A stretch of DNA of 60,521 bases, filler included, from Sphacelaria rigidula (taxonomy: Eukaryota): NCBI GenBank assembly GCA_964200075.2. It is 9 parts of 9 records of this genome, joined end to end, with 100 filler letters (N's around TTAATTAATTAA, not from the genome) between each part and the next. Parts side by side here need not be neighbours in the genome. Positions count along the whole stretch, not along the records: positions 20,210 to 26,845 come from CAXNAA020018924.1; positions 26,946 to 33,581 come from CAXNAA020018925.1; positions 33,682 to 40,317 come from CAXNAA020018926.1; 6 more parts are not named here. One strand, given 5' to 3'. Position numbers and translations under genes: made by a program. This document shows positions 22,587 to 36,600 of this stretch, piece by piece (position 1 is the first letter of the stretch; each line of letters begins with the position of its first letter). The notes under the pieces are model-generated. The model was given only the letters and a program-made list of their open reading frames with translations. It made no database searches and was not told the origin of the DNA.

Positions 22587-25500
22587 AAAGATGATGATTT
22601 CGAGCTAGCCCCTTGATTGATGGTCTTCACATCGTTATACACCCATACCCATTGACCCATCTTCCACACCGGGCGGTTATGCACCACATCATCCAACATC
22701 GAGTTCGCCCTGGCCACCTTGGCCAAATTGATTTGGTTCTGTTCTCGTACCACTTCATATGCAAGACGAAGGCGATTGCTAACCAACAAATGATACTCTA
22801 CAACATCACGCTCTAGGCTCTGATGTCCGCCTGTGTTTTTCCGTTCGAATGCCGTTAAAGGTAACCTAGGCATGCGTCCAATATGAATTTTATTCGGCGA
22901 CAAACCCGTAGCGGTATTGACTCAACTGTTATAGTTCATTTGGACAAGGGGCAGGTGCAGGTCCCAGTCCATCTGTCTCTCATTTGCTACAGCAGCAAGC
23001 GTCTGCGCCATCGTATGGTTCACTCGTTCCATTCCACCATTGGTGGAGGGGTTATATGAACTAGTGAAATTGCGATGGGCACCCAACAGGTCCTCGACGG
23101 CGGCTAAAAGTTTGCCTGAAAAATGCGGGCCGTTGTCAGAGTAAGCGTTTAGGCACACCCCACAGTGGGATGTACATGTATACAAAAATGTTGACGGTAC
23201 CTTCCGCGTTATAGCTACTTGCGGGGATAGCGTGCATCACCGCATGTCGACTAAATCTATCAGCAAACAACAAAATATACGTATTCCCACTATCCGTCAG
23301 GGGCAACGGACGAAAATAGTCCCACGACACTACTTCACCAGGCCCGTTTGGGAGTGGCACGGACACAATCGGCCAACGAACTGTTTGACGGGAAGTTTTT
23401 CGCGCCTAACACAAAAGACAACGCCTCATCCACCAACGACAACACTGATCCATACAAATCCACCAATAAAAACGTTCCAACATCTGGGAGGTCCTAATGG
23501 CACCTAAATGAGTCGATGCCTGTGAATGGCATTCGTGTAGAACCCATGGGCGCAGGAGCATCGGGACATAGATGCGGATGGGTTCATCGCCTAGAAAGCG
23601 GGCATGTCGACTTGTAGGCTTCCCCCTGGGGAGGACTGCTGTGGGCCGGCGAACTAACAGTAATATACCATCATCATCCATATGTAGCATACCTTTCCTT
23701 GAGAGTTCAGTAACTTCATCCTGTGTGGGCGCTTTGAGGTTCCCGACTGGCAAAAGAAATTCGGTTTCTGAGAATGGACATGGGCAATCTTCAGATAGAT
23801 GATGGATAGCTGATTTACAAGCAGGTTCTGCCTGTCGTTCCCGGGCCCAATCGGCGTGGGAGAAGAGAGTCAAACGTTCCTTGAATACACCATATGTTGA
23901 AGCGTCTACTTCGTGTTGGGTCGGTTTGGGGAGCGGTTGGCACGAAGCGGTGATTTCGGAATCAAGGGTGAGCCTACCAGTTGGTGTACTCTCAGACGGA
24001 ATGTTAACGTCTACTCCTGTGTCGATTAGCGTGGAGGGTGTTGTGGTGGTGTTTGCAATATCATCACCGAGGGAGGGGGGCACAGCCGTGGTTTCAGCTA
24101 TGATTGGCAAGGGCGGCACGGTTGGGGTCGATTTTCTGGGAGCCTTGCGTCGTGGAGCTTGAGGAAGCACAAGGAAACTATCGGGAACCGGGGTGGGGGC
24201 AAGGAGGGGAAGGTCAGAACCAGATACGGCAAATTTGGTGGCCGTTTCGGTGGTTCGCCGTCCACGAGTCCTACTCGAAATCAAATCTCGAACTTGAACT
24301 GGTAAGACGGAGTCAGCAAAGGACGGTTCTACACCTGCTGCGAAAACGATGCGCTGGCCAGTTGCACGAAAATGATCATAGCCAACAGTATTCGTAGACA
24401 GTCCATTCCAAACTGAGTACAACGATTGAGGTTGCAAACTGCCAAGAACTGATGCGTGGGCTGTGGTCGTCAGCCCACCCATGCCTAAACCCGGCGGTTC
24501 TCTCAGTGAAAGTGGTGTGTAGAGACCTCTATGTCCATTTCTGCTTATGAAATATACAATGTCTTCGGTGGGATCGGTGATACGTCCCATGGGGGGTTCA
24601 TCGATAGGTTGAGCTGGTGTGAGCAAGCGTGACAGGAAGTCGGCGTTTGAATTCTGAGGACCTGTGCGGTACTTCAGTTGAAAGTTGTAAGACGACAGGA
24701 TTTCGAACCAGCGTTGGACCCTAGCGTTGTGTTCCGCCATTTTGGCAAGGCTTTCCAAAGACATATGATCGGTATAAATCACAAACGGGATGTCATAAAA
24801 ATACTGACGCAGACGTCGCACGCCCCCAAACAACTGCGCCGGCCTCTTGTTCCATGACAGACCAACTTTGTTCATTCGGAAAAGTGGTGCGACCCAGATA
24901 AACTATGGAACGAACAGTAGCATCGACTTGCTCCTGTTCTAATTTGCAGCCAAACCCAATTTTGGAAAAATCTTTGTGGAGCCGGAAAGCGCGGGAACCC
25001 TGCTCCGCGGCCGACCAGTCGGGGAAGACGAGAATCGGCGGGCGCGAGAGGGTGTCAAGAAGACGGCGGGCGGATTTTTTCATTTCCAATGTGAACACAA
25101 ATTTCACCCCTTTTTTGAGGAGGGTGGTGAGGGGTTTTAGCGTTTAGGCAAGGTTTGGCAAGTACTGTCTGTAGTAGCTTAGATCTCCCAACAAGGAACG
25201 CAGTTGAGAAATCTCCCGTGGCATGGGCATATCGGAGAGTGCGGCGACCTTGTCGAGGTTTAGGCTACGACCTTCGGGGGTGATGCAATGACCCAAGAAC
25301 TCAATCTTCGTGGCGCCAATGCGGGATTCGGAGGGTGCGAGTTTCAAGTTATGTTGTTCAAACGGGTCAAAGAATGATGCCAACTGTTCGACGTGTTCAG
25401 TCGGTGTCGAGTCGTGGCACACTGCATCATCAAGGTGCATATGGCATTTGAGCAACCCATCAGTTACACGAAACATTACACGAAACAGTACACGTTGAAA

Positions 25501-26845
25501 CGCACCTGGAGCTCCGGCGGCACCTTGGGGTGTAACCAGCCACTCGTACAAACCTGATGGCGTGCAAAACGCTGTCAGTTAAATGGATTTTGGATCTATC
25601 ACGAGCTGGTGGTAGCCGGACTGCATATCAAAGTTCGAAAATACCTTACTCCCGCCAAGAGAGTCAATAATTTCATCAATCCGTGGAAGTGGCAACCGGG
25701 CGATTTTGGTGACAGCGTTCAATCGTTGATAATTGACCGTCAGTCTGATTTTGCCATTTTTCTTACGGACGACTACTAAAGGCAAGGCCCACGGAGACGT
25801 CGAGTGCCATATTAAGCCGGCGGATAGGTAATCATCGAGAATTACATGGATCTCATCCGCTAAGAGGGGGTTCGTACGGTACGGACGCATAGCGATAAGT
25901 GGAGTGCCATCAGGAATCGTGATCTTGAACGGTGTCGTGGTACATCGACCTAAATCCAAGGGTTAAGTCTGAAACCGTTTAGAATATCTACTCAAGATGG
26001 ATCTCAATCTTCTATCGATTACAGTGGGTGTCCAACCATCGCCAGATAGATCAAAAACAATATGCCGTGAGTGAGGGGGAATGTCATCACACAACCTTCG
26101 AAAACTGGCGCGTTGTTCTGGAGAAAATCTATCCAGTAATGCAGTTGGGGTTGAGGGTCAGGCGCATCCGGTGCATTTGTCACCACCATGGGGTCAGGCA
26201 TGTGTAGCGGAGGGGGGCCCGTGGATTTCGGGGGGTCGGTCGGCGAGTTGTTGTCTGCAGGGGGGCACACACCTGACAGGGCGCTTCGTATGAGAGGCGC
26301 TTGAGCATAACCCAACAACTGAACGTTGAGTTTATCGAAGCATGCAGGTGACGTGAGGTAAATGGCCTGCCTACCTTCGTGGACAAAGACGTCGGTCTGT
26401 TCAAACGGACCAACCTGTGCTTGGTCAGATTTAAGCAATTCGACCAAACAATGTCCTGTGAGGGCGGGCGATCCATTGCGTGTCACGAGGTTCACTTGGA
26501 TAAGTTGGGGTTCACGAGAAAGCGAGACTGCTGGTTCACCATATTAGTCGTGTGATTTCACTCATGGTAAATGTAAAGATCCAGGATACTATCACGAGAC
26601 TGTCGGAGGAAAATGTGGTGGATTAACCGATGGGAAACGGTACCGGTGATTTCCAGAAATGGTACTGAGAACGACGGTTCGAATCGTTCTCGGAATGTTC
26701 TGGAAAGTGTTGGTTGTTCTTCATTTTGATCTGGAATGATCCGGAAACGACGGGGAGTTATATTGTGGTATGCGGGATGTTTCTGCGGGATAAAACAGTA
26801 GATATTTACCGTAGATCGATAAGGATTCTCGACGGAGATGCGAGA

Positions 26846-26945
26846 NNNNNNNNNNNNNNNNNNNNNNNNNNNNNNNNNNNNNNNNNNNNTTAATTAATTA
26901 ANNNNNNNNNNNNNNNNNNNNNNNNNNNNNNNNNNNNNNNNNNNN
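26846..26945. other. Artificial contig spacer
   Basis: 44 N + TTAATTAATTAA + 44 N. Confidence 0.98.
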
Positions 26946-27819
26946 GGGGGAAACCGTTCCGAGATCGTGACCCCCCGATTTTTTCGCCCCCGATCTGGTC
27001 CAAATCCGTGTCCATAAAGTGCGTTCCCCGATTTATTTTCCCCCCAATTTTGAAAAAATCGAGATTCGTGCCTGCCATAAAAGTGGGTCTAGCATCCATA
27101 TTGATTTTTGGCTTCAACCCATGAAAAAAAAATGTTGAGGTACGGTTTTTCGTTGTGCCCTTGCGATTCTCCATACCAAACGTCTACGCACAACCCTCGA
27201 AACTGAGCTGCTGCATCGCCTGCAACGGTTAAATACGTTCCTCGGCTAGCCCAGCACATAAAGCCAGCCACGGCTGCGTAGATGGGCTGCAATGTCGGAC
27301 CGCGTCCAAGTCAGTGATTTTTGGTCGTACATTTCTATTTACGCTCCAGGATGCTCGAAAACAAGAGAAGGGACAGTTCCGAACAGGATCATCATTAAGC
27401 GGGCTACCTAATACGTGTCGAAAGAATATTTGACACCCTGGACGATGTACGGTCAATCCAAAAGAGTTGCAGTAGGCCTGTAGTTTACGCAGTACGATTC
27501 TTCTACTGCAACTATTGACCGTACATACACTGTACAGGGTGTGGGATACTCTCGGAACACTCTCAAGATTATGACTATACAGTGGGGTGCCCCATACAGT
27601 ACCGGCACGTGCCAAGCAATCTCACGGGCACTATTGCGGCGACCGGCACTATGCAAATTGGCCCTACATAGATTATACTCTATACGATACGTGCCAAGCG
27701 ATTTCACCGGCGCTATATACAGGACACCTCACCGACAACAAACGTACAAACGGTCTCGTACCACTTGAGTACGGGTGCATATCTTCATTGTAAGTACCCA
27801 GAGAGCATGACCCACTCAC

Positions 27820-27899
27820 CGTAACGCTGACATTGTTATTCGCGGCATAAAGCTTCACGGCTCCCACCACGGCGTCCGTTTCTGCTTGGCTGAACTTAC
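27820..27899 (-). CDS. Exon of a Myb-like (TTF1/DMTF1/Reb1-type) protein: GKFSQAETDAVVGAVKLYAANNNVSVT
   Basis: CAG acceptor, GTGAGT donor, G-x-FS-xx-E-xx-hh-xx-V-xx-Y Myb-like start, phase-compatible with the 30529-30579 exon. Confidence 0.7.
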
Positions 27900-29590
27900 C
27901 TGCGTTCAATCATTCCGATCATTCAGTCATTGGACAACGCCGACACGCAACGGCAAGCGTCGTCGATTCCCAGAGTACGCTTCTAGTGCTTGCACCACAG
28001 CTGCTGTGCTGCAGTCCAAATCATGTCTTGATAAACGATGAATTTTTCACTGTACGGGCGTCCATTCTTGTATCTGCAATGCACCGCGGGGCGGATTCGC
28101 GTAAAACCGACTGGAGCAGTATATTCCTGCAAACTCGATCCTACCCATTTTTGTCTTCAGATCCTGAACTCCTTTCTAGCTTGTTGTACAGTTCGCATGA
28201 ATAACGGACGGTACGGCCTATGCGCTCCGAATAACGATTAACTCCTTCACCCAAGGTAAAAAACATGCCGTGTCTTGTTCATCCATCCGACAACATCCGG
28301 CGAGCTAAAGCCGTCTCTTCAAAATCGATCAATTGACGGAATCGGTGCATTTTACTACATGTCCACCATAAAGATTTTATGAAACGCTACGAGTATTCTT
28401 TGGCCGAAAGTGATCGGATCGAAAAAATCGACACACCATATTCGCATTGCTCCGACGAGTAAGGTCCTCAACTTTGTTAAGGGTGCGTTAACTGAATAGT
28501 CCGTCGTTCAGATCAAAACAGCACGAACTAGGGTGTTCGGTCATGATCCAGGATTTAGAAGAAGGCATATAATCTGGTGTAGACGAACAAGCTGATTTTA
28601 CTCCGACTACCAGGCTGTTCGCGAAAATACACGACTTGTTCACCAGTCGATTTTCCAGCTTCTCGTACACAGCTTCTATAATAGTGACGACTCTATTTCG
28701 GAGCGTAACGTACTGACACCAACAACATCAACCAATGGTTGGGAATAAACGATTAATATGAGTGCCATGGCGCCTGCTAGAGAGAGACCTCACTGTTAGC
28801 TGAACGAGGAATAGAAAATGACACATGAACATACGTTTGCGCAGACGCTTTAGCGAGTACTTGTGCAACTAGCAAGGTAGGCAATGGGGTTATCGTCGAG
28901 GGACCTCCGACCGATAACGTATGGCTAATGAGCATTTCTGTCTGACCCAGTCAGGAGAAACGTCGTGCAACAGCCAACGGTCGAGCTGCTATTTCGAAGA
29001 AGATGACAGTAACATCTTAGTGGCGGAATATTGTGTCATGCACGACTTCACACAGCCAAAAAATCCGTACTGTTGATGAATCAAGACACGGCCTAGCACG
29101 GCGTAAGCGTATCGATCCCAGTCAACTCCGTTCGAATCCTCGTCGGAAACAACACTCGACATCGCCGAGGTTCGCTGACGACACGACACACCATGCACTC
29201 TGAGCAGTTTGACCCTTAGACCGCGAGGTTAGTCTTCTGTTGAATCGGCATCAATTACAAGTGTAAAAAAGTATGCATGATCCAGAAAGACTAATCTCGC
29301 GGTTTAAGGGTTAAGTTGCTAGATCGACAACGACTTCCGCAACTTCGCGGCGTTCACACATTTTTTTTTTCTCCTTCATGCGTGTTTTTCCCTTCTCGAC
29401 ACATTTCTTGGAAATGGCATTGCTCGGGAGTTTCGTCGCCTGAGATCTGCACCTAGTGGTGAATTTTTCTAGCGCGCGCGTGTGAGGGGAGGGAGGGGGG
29501 GGGTCTACACTTGGCTTAGGTGACTGATTTGACTGATTCCCGGGCAGTATGTGATCAACAGTGAAGACACTGGGACGGCTAGCCAACGTC

Positions 29591-29665
29591 TGTGACCACG
29601 GGTTCGAGATATCGGGTTCACGTCTAGAAAGAAGGATAAGGAGAAGGAGAAGGAGAAGAATAAAG

Positions 29666-29718
<53 letters not shown>
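29591..29718 (+). mobile_element. 3' tail of a LINE/SINE ending in (AAC)~17
   Basis: TGTGACCACGGGTTCGAGATATCGGG is shared with 56410-56436. It is followed by a purine-rich tract and a CAA microsatellite (29666-29718). Confidence 0.65.
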
Positions 29719-30179
29719 GGATGAAAATGATAACACTGCTGGTACGTAGTTGATTCGCTACGAATGCAGTTCTTGTCAGATGGACGTACCCAGGGTAAAC
29801 AAATATGAACAGTCGCTCAAGAAAACTCGGTGACAAACACAACAGAAATAGGAACAAACAGAATAAAAGGTAGGAACACGAAAAATTAACTGACATCTAT
29901 GTCGGGCTTAGACCTGCACGTTGTACTTTTAATCACGAGACATGTGTTTCGATGGTAATCTTATTCTTCGGTAGGGGAATTTCCATATCTCGACCGCCGG
30001 TCTGGACGAACGGGCTAACGTGAAAAAATGATTTGCCAGGCTAAAATGTGCTGTCTAGACCAGTACAGCAATACAAGAGTACCCCAGGTCTCCTTCAATC
30101 AAAAAGTTGCAGAATTGAGGTCTGTACGTTTGTATCTCGTTTTCACGTTTTTGGATAACGGAATCAAGAGAGAAACAGC

Positions 30180-30256
30180 AGAAACGCCGGGATCCGAACG
30201 GACGAGATCCGCTTGATCGAGTGTTGAGGTACCCGTTCGACCAACGGGGCGCGACG
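30180..30256 (-). mobile_element. Degenerate tRNA-like SINE head
   Basis: Minus strand has TTGGTCGAACGGG (A box-like) and GTTCGGATCC (B box) with tRNA-like spacing. Confidence 0.45.
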
Positions 30257-30528
30257 ACAAATACAGGTATAGTATTCGCCACTGGTTTTTGTTTAGAGTA
30301 TTCCGTTCTTTCATCTTTTATTTCTTCGCCTTCTCCCTGTATCGAGGTCCTTGAGAGAGGACTTCCGCTGTGTTTAGCTTGGAAACATTCATCTTGCGAC
30401 CACGGCTGGATTCATATTCCAAGGGGGTGAGTGAATACGCGGCAATCATCAAATTACTCGGGTTCGAAGAATGAATTGAGCACATTGTCCGTATGAAACT
30501 AAGATCCCAACAAATTTCGGCCCCTCAC

Positions 30529-30579
30529 CCTTCTTGAAGTCGTCTCCGTTTTCCGCCCACGCCCGCGTCCCTCGCTTCT
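30529..30579 (-). CDS. Myb-like gene small exon: EKRGTRAWAENGDDFKKG
   Basis: 51 nt, CAG/GTGAG sites, phase 1/1. Splices to give DDFKKG-KFSQAE. Confidence 0.65.
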
Positions 30580-31290
30580 CTGCATTAATTGAATTCCGCT
30601 TAAGCATTTTTTAATTGCCGGACCTATCCGTAAACGATATATTTGCTTCCACTGGCTACCGCCTCCGATGCCTCGTGATGGAGCTCTTCGGTTGTCGAGG
30701 CGGCCAACAACAGAAAAGAGAAGAAAGGATAAACAAGTGGTGGGCACAGCTTGCAAGAACGCGCACACATGGAAGGAAAGGACATGTGCTGCAAGGACTG
30801 TAATTAATTTGCCCATGTTGAAAGAAAACGCTCGATATTAACATACCGCGTTTCCAAGTTGGATGCTTTCATACCTCATGTACACCTTAAACTACGACTG
30901 CGTGGATACAAGTGATCGACAATTACCTATCGGTGGTGCGCTACGATCTCTGTAAATACCGGATAGACATTACACTTGCGGGGTAGCCACCTCGCGATTT
31001 TGTTTATTTCGTCTCAGGGACTGCATGAATCAGGTGGTGTTATGTTATTTTTCTTCAAACCAAGAGACGGGGGAAAAATACGCCGAGCACAGTGCACGAG
31101 GAAATGACGGGAAATTTTGAAACACATGAGAAACGAGGAGGCACCATGATGCACAGTCCACCAACATGTATGAAGATTGAGTTCGGCAGTGAGATATGAG
31201 ATCCTCGGTCGTGCAAGTTGTGCTCCAGCGTTGAACATAGCATATATGCATGCATACAGACATGCTACGCATCCTCCTGCTGTACTCTAC

Positions 31291-31344
31291 CCGATCGCGC
31301 TTTGACTCTTGCCGTGCGAGCCTCGTCCCGGACCAGCAGTTCCG
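31291..31344 (-). CDS. Myb-like gene small exon: ELLVRDEARTARVKARS
   Basis: 54 nt, TTTCAG acceptor, GT donor, phase 1/1 compatible with the next exon. Confidence 0.55.
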
Positions 31345-33581
31345 CTGAAAGTCCAGTGGGTAAACAGGGAAAGGGTGTACCTCTTGTGGAGTTGAATGGG
31401 TATGATGGAGGGCCCATGGGATGGGAACAGTCCAAGACACAAGCGGGGAAAATCGTAGACCAATGGATCGGATGATCGTGTTGCTGTACAGTGAAATATT
31501 CCACGGTTACGGCAAATCATCACGACTCAAAATCACTAAATTCACGATTTCTTCGGCCTGATGGCCCAAAAGGGGGGGAAAAATGTTGATAGCCGGTGCA
31601 AGGGGTAACCACGCAACTTTTGCGCCATTCCACGTGTCTGGGCTGCGCGTACCTGGGTTGCAACGCTGAAATAAAGCCTGGGGATTGATTCGTCACCAGT
31701 CGACTCATTATACTAAAACCAAATGATTTTCAGACAGATTATTTGTCCGACCCTTGAAATATTCGGAGTTTGAGGGCGTGCCTTTAGCATGAAAGCTGTG
31801 GTAATCTTCGACTTAGGTTTCCGTAAGTTTACGTCCATTCTCCGGTTATTGTCTTCGTTATCATACCGCTTAGTGAATCTGATGCATTAAATTACGGCGC
31901 AACTGGAGATGGCCGGTAACGGTTCAAACTGTATACCTTCAGCGCAAGCCATAGATCTTGGAGCAAAATACAGGAATACCAAGCAAGCTGCTTTCTGTCA
32001 CATTTTGACAACCGCCTGACAAAATGCTCGCACCTCATCGTATTCGGACGGTGTCGACCAACACATTGTACCATCAGCCACACTATCCTCAAAGACTTCT
32101 CACACTTGTCCCTCATAAGAAGAATCAGCATCCCTCACACAATGAACTGTAAAGTCATCTCCCAAGAGTAGGGCTTCCATGATATCCTTTGTACGGCTCG
32201 ACAAAATAGCTGTCTCCACAAAACTCCTCGGTTTTAAGTTGCTCACGTACGGGCAAGTGCGGGAAGGGGGGTAATGACCTGCAGTCGGGAGTGGTCCTTG
32301 GGCTTACTACTCGTACTGCCCTGTACAACGAGTACTGACTGTGTTGTCCTCATTGGATCATGATAATTGCGTTGTCCTCATTGGATCATGATAAGGGGGT
32401 GTTACACAGCATGAAGGATAAGGGCAACCTGGGGATTGGTGAGGGGAAGAATAAGAGTGCGGCGCGAAACAATGCAGTACAGCCTACAGCGATAACTCAC
32501 ATTCGAGGCCGTTTTCAGCAAAGCTAGCAGGGAAGAGCTCCCTTTCGATGCTGGCGGAGTTAACCAGAGCACCGATACCCTTAACGCCGTAGACGAACCA
32601 CACAACGGGCCTGAACCAATACCGTTCGACCACTGGAAATGAGGTGTTACAGATCTCAGCCCGTCATGTAAGGATTTTCCCGCGGTGATGAGCCAAGTTA
32701 AAGGAATTGAAGGTGCCACAGGCCTGATCCACAGCGATTAAGTAGCACAAGACACCCCGGACTGCCTAGACTGTCTCCGTGATGGATACGGCAGCAGCTG
32801 GCTCTGGATGTAGAGTATAATCTCCGCGTTGAATTAAACCCATGCTACGCATCACCTGTGGTCATTTTCTGCACCACGAAGGAGGAAAAAATCGATTCAA
32901 AACCCCAAAACAGATGTATTTCGCTGATGAAGACACAAGGCATATTCCTAAATGTATGGAGATTGCAGCAACGCCAAAGAGTAACACGAAATAAAGCCCT
33001 GTACACGAGCAGCATTTAGGTACTTACAGTCAGTTCTTACCGCGTCAAAGGTTATGACATGTATACGTTGACGTCATAATCTTTGTACCGCGTTGAGCGT
33101 ACATCATATTATTATTTGCTCTTCACATTCGCACCTGTTATGAAACTGGACCCACTGTCCGTAAAATCGACGAGAAGGTTTTTCGTGCAAAGCTAGCGCG
33201 GAAGGACCCTGTCGGCAGCATCTGCACAGTCGCAGCTCATCGTTATTGAGTGGCAGGCTGGCTATGCAAGCCTCTCGGGTTGTGAGCTTTTTGTTATGTC
33301 CTCTGCTTGTTGTTGCTTGGGTACATGGAAATGAGGCGAAGTAATATTTTTGTTCACCGCGTGTTATTGCTGGACCGGTACAAACCACGTTTTCGTGATA
33401 TTGAGAGTAGAGCGCTGACTGAGAGTGGCTTTGCTCAATCGCTCCACCTTGGCCAATTTTTCATTTCGTGCGCGCTTTTCGTTGCCTCAATCACTAGCAA
33501 CAGTGTTTTTGTGAGATTGAGAGTAGATGATACGATTGAGAGTGAAAGGCGGTCAATCAGTGAATGAATCGTTTCAGTTCC

Positions 33582-33681
33582 NNNNNNNNNNNNNNNNNNN
33601 NNNNNNNNNNNNNNNNNNNNNNNNNTTAATTAATTAANNNNNNNNNNNNNNNNNNNNNNNNNNNNNNNNNNNNNNNNNNNN
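33582..33681. other. Artificial contig spacer
   Basis: 44 N + TTAATTAATTAA + 44 N. Confidence 0.98.
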
Positions 33682-36600
33682 CTCATCAGGTACTAATCAT
33701 ATTCAATCGAATCCCCTCCCTTCACAGGAGAGGAAGTCATGTAGTGCAGTTTCTCACGAATCAGGAGCCGAAATATCTTCTGGTACGATAGACACTGCTG
33801 CTCCGACCGTTCATCGCAGAACACCAAATTCGAAGCCTCACACTCAAGCACCCCCCAACTGCTCAAATGCCTGGCTAACCACCCTACCGAGTTCCGCAAA
33901 AACTACGGTACCCGGTTCCCTTCTATTTGATGAGCGTAATTATTCCTTGAAGGGTCGCAACCGCAAAGAACCCATGCTTTCCGTAGCCCAGCGGGTTGGA
34001 ATGGAACCCCAAGTGACAGCGACTCAGGTGGTGCGCCAAGAGCGTGACCTAGGTTCGGCTGTCCAAGAATTCATTTCAATAGCTCCTGGAGTCGCCGATC
34101 CTTTCGTGCGTTATACGCGTCACCAGAGGCGGGCCACTCCAGATGATCATGTAGATAATCCTGATGTAGCAAGCGCACGTGAACTCCAAGGAGGAGATTG
34201 CGTGTGGGCTCAGACAGATGAAAACCTTAGAGTGGAACAGGCCGGTACTCCCCAGATTTCAAACAGATCGTTACTGCTCCCTGACCACCCCGCGTGCACT
34301 ACGTTAGAACCCATTTCCGATGAAGCGTTGTCGTCTGTAGGGACAGAGACTTCGCCGACTCATGGACGTTCGCATCCTAGTCACGAAGACACCTCAATCG
34401 TGTGTTGGTCACCAGGCAAACAAAGTGCTACGGTAGACGACTCGTCTCCTACCTCGCCCACGTTGGCCCCTTTAATAGATGCCGGGTTGAACAGTACAGC
34501 TTTACCAACCCCGCGTCCTGACGAATCGTCTCCGAAACCTCCCATGTTGGCCCTACCTAGTGATGGTATTGCGTTGATTGGCGTATCAAAGTCAACACAG
34601 CGCCCAAATGAATCGTCCCCTGTTCCGACCAAGCTGGATAATGTAATTGATGACGATTCACCCCCTCTGTTGACCAATAAGGGTGAAACACGACGCACAA
34701 ATCAGTTGTCGGGTCCAACCACGACAGGTGCCCTTTCCCGACATCGCCCCTCCGTTGCAGTATATCAGATTCAACGCTCGATTGATGAGACAAATATTTC
34801 AGGCACAAACACTGACACTCCCTGCACGCACCATCCTTCCGACCAAAAGCTTGTCCCACAGGATCATCAACGGGTGTATTTTAGCACCTTCGTTCAAAAT
34901 GCAAAGCAGGATGTGTCAGATGTCTTACCCGAATTCGGGCCCGATCTCGTCAGTGGTACTGTAACTCTGGATGGTGCTTCTTTTACGACCAAAATAGGTT
35001 CACATAGTGGAGCGCGTGCAAACTGTCATTTGATAGCTCTTGCACTACCAGACTCTGGTTCACCTCAAACGTTCATCACAGCCAGCTGCTGGCAACAGAT
35101 GATCAACGCGGGCGCGGCGGACGAGCATTGTCTGTCTACCGTGCACCCTCGCGTTTTTGGTGGGTTTGGTTCCTCCACATCTCTTACGGTCAATCAATCG
35201 GTGAGACTAAGTGTACAATTCTACCAGGATACTACTCCCACTGCTCGGTTGTCCGTATGGGCACTAATTGTGCCCGACGGTTCCATGTCTTTTGATGTTT
35301 TGTTGGGTCGAGATAGTTGGCTTCGATTTTCCACACACACGTATACGACGGACACACCTGTCCCGAACCGTCCAGTCACAGGCAAACTGTCACTGGGCAC
35401 TTCGACACTGATTCGGGAGCTCATGCTTATGAGGATGACCCCAAGAAAACAGGTGATGCCTTTCGTCTGTACTATGTTGGTGAACCGGTAATCTCGCTTT
35501 CTCGTGAACCCCAACTAATTCACGTGAACCTCGTGAGACGCAATGAATCGCCCGCCCTCACAGGACATTATTTGGTCGAGTTGCTCAAACGTGACCAAGC
35601 ACAGGTTGGTCCGTTTGAACAGACCGAAGTCTTTGTCCACGAAGGTGGGCAGGCGATTTGCCTCACGTCCCCTGCACGTTACGATATACTTAACGGTCAG
35701 TTGTTGGGTTATGCTCAAGCGCCTCTCATACGAACCGCCCTGTCAGGTGTGTGCCCCCCGGCGAACAACAACTCGCCGCCCGACCCCCCGATATCCACGG
35801 GCCCCCCTTCGCTACACATGCCTGACCCCATGGTGGTGACAAAACCACCAGATGCGCCTGACCCTCAACCCCCAACTGCATTACTGGATAGATTTTCTTC
35901 AGAACAACGCGCCGGTTTTCAACAGTTGTGGGATGACATTCCCCCTCACTTACGACATATTGTTTTTGATCTATCTGGCGATGGGTGGACACCCACTGTA
36001 ATCGATAGATTGAGATCCATCTTCATGAGATATTCTAAACAATTTTATACTGCACCCTTGGATTTAGGTCGATGTACCACGACACCGTTTAAGATCAAGA
36101 TTCCTGATGGCACTCCTCCTATCACCATGCGTCCGTACCGTACGAACCCCCTCTTAGCGGATAAGATCCAGGTAATTCTCGATGATTACTTGTCCGCCGG
36201 TTTGATTCGGCACTCGACGTCTCCGTGGGTCTCGCCTTTAGTAGTCGTCCGTAAGAAGAATGGCAAAATCAGACTGACGGTCAATTATCAACGATTGAAC
36301 GCTGTCACCAAAGTCGCCCGACTGCCACTTCCACAGATTGATGAAATTATTGACTCTCTTGGCGGGGGTAAAATATTTTCGAACTTTGACATGCAGTCCG
36401 GCTACCACCAGCTCGTGATGGATCCCAATTCCATTGAACTGACGGCGTTTCGCACGCCATCAGGTTTGTACGAGTGGTTGGTTACACCACAAGGTGCCGC
36501 CGGAGCTCCAGGTGCGTTTCAACGTGTAATGTTCCGCATAACTGATGGATTGCCCAAATGCCATATGTACCTTGATGATGCGGTGTGCCGCGACTCCACA

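Larger units (their letters stand above)
20210..26541 (-). mobile_element. Ty3/Gypsy chromovirus, copy 1 (5'-truncated, decayed)
   Basis: Order RT (25144-25959, HLDD) - RNase H (24620-25107, TDH, NADFLSR) - integrase HHCC (~23406-23520) - DDE core (VSWDY, SDNG, NGGMER) - GPY/F (WTGPC) - chromodomain. Then ~1.1 kb of 3' non-coding sequence and a G-run PPT at 20267-20277. Multiple stops and frameshifts. Confidence 0.95.

Noticed and set aside
29311..29896. Poly-Leu/Asn/Val ORFs (and poly-Ile/Met ORFs at 43836-44123)
   Set aside because: Microsatellite translation artefacts.
33135..33208. Additional minus-strand exon of the Myb-like gene (GPSALALHEKPSRRFYGQWVQFHN)
   Set aside because: Splice sites are plausible, but the phase does not match the 31344 exon and no linking exon was found.
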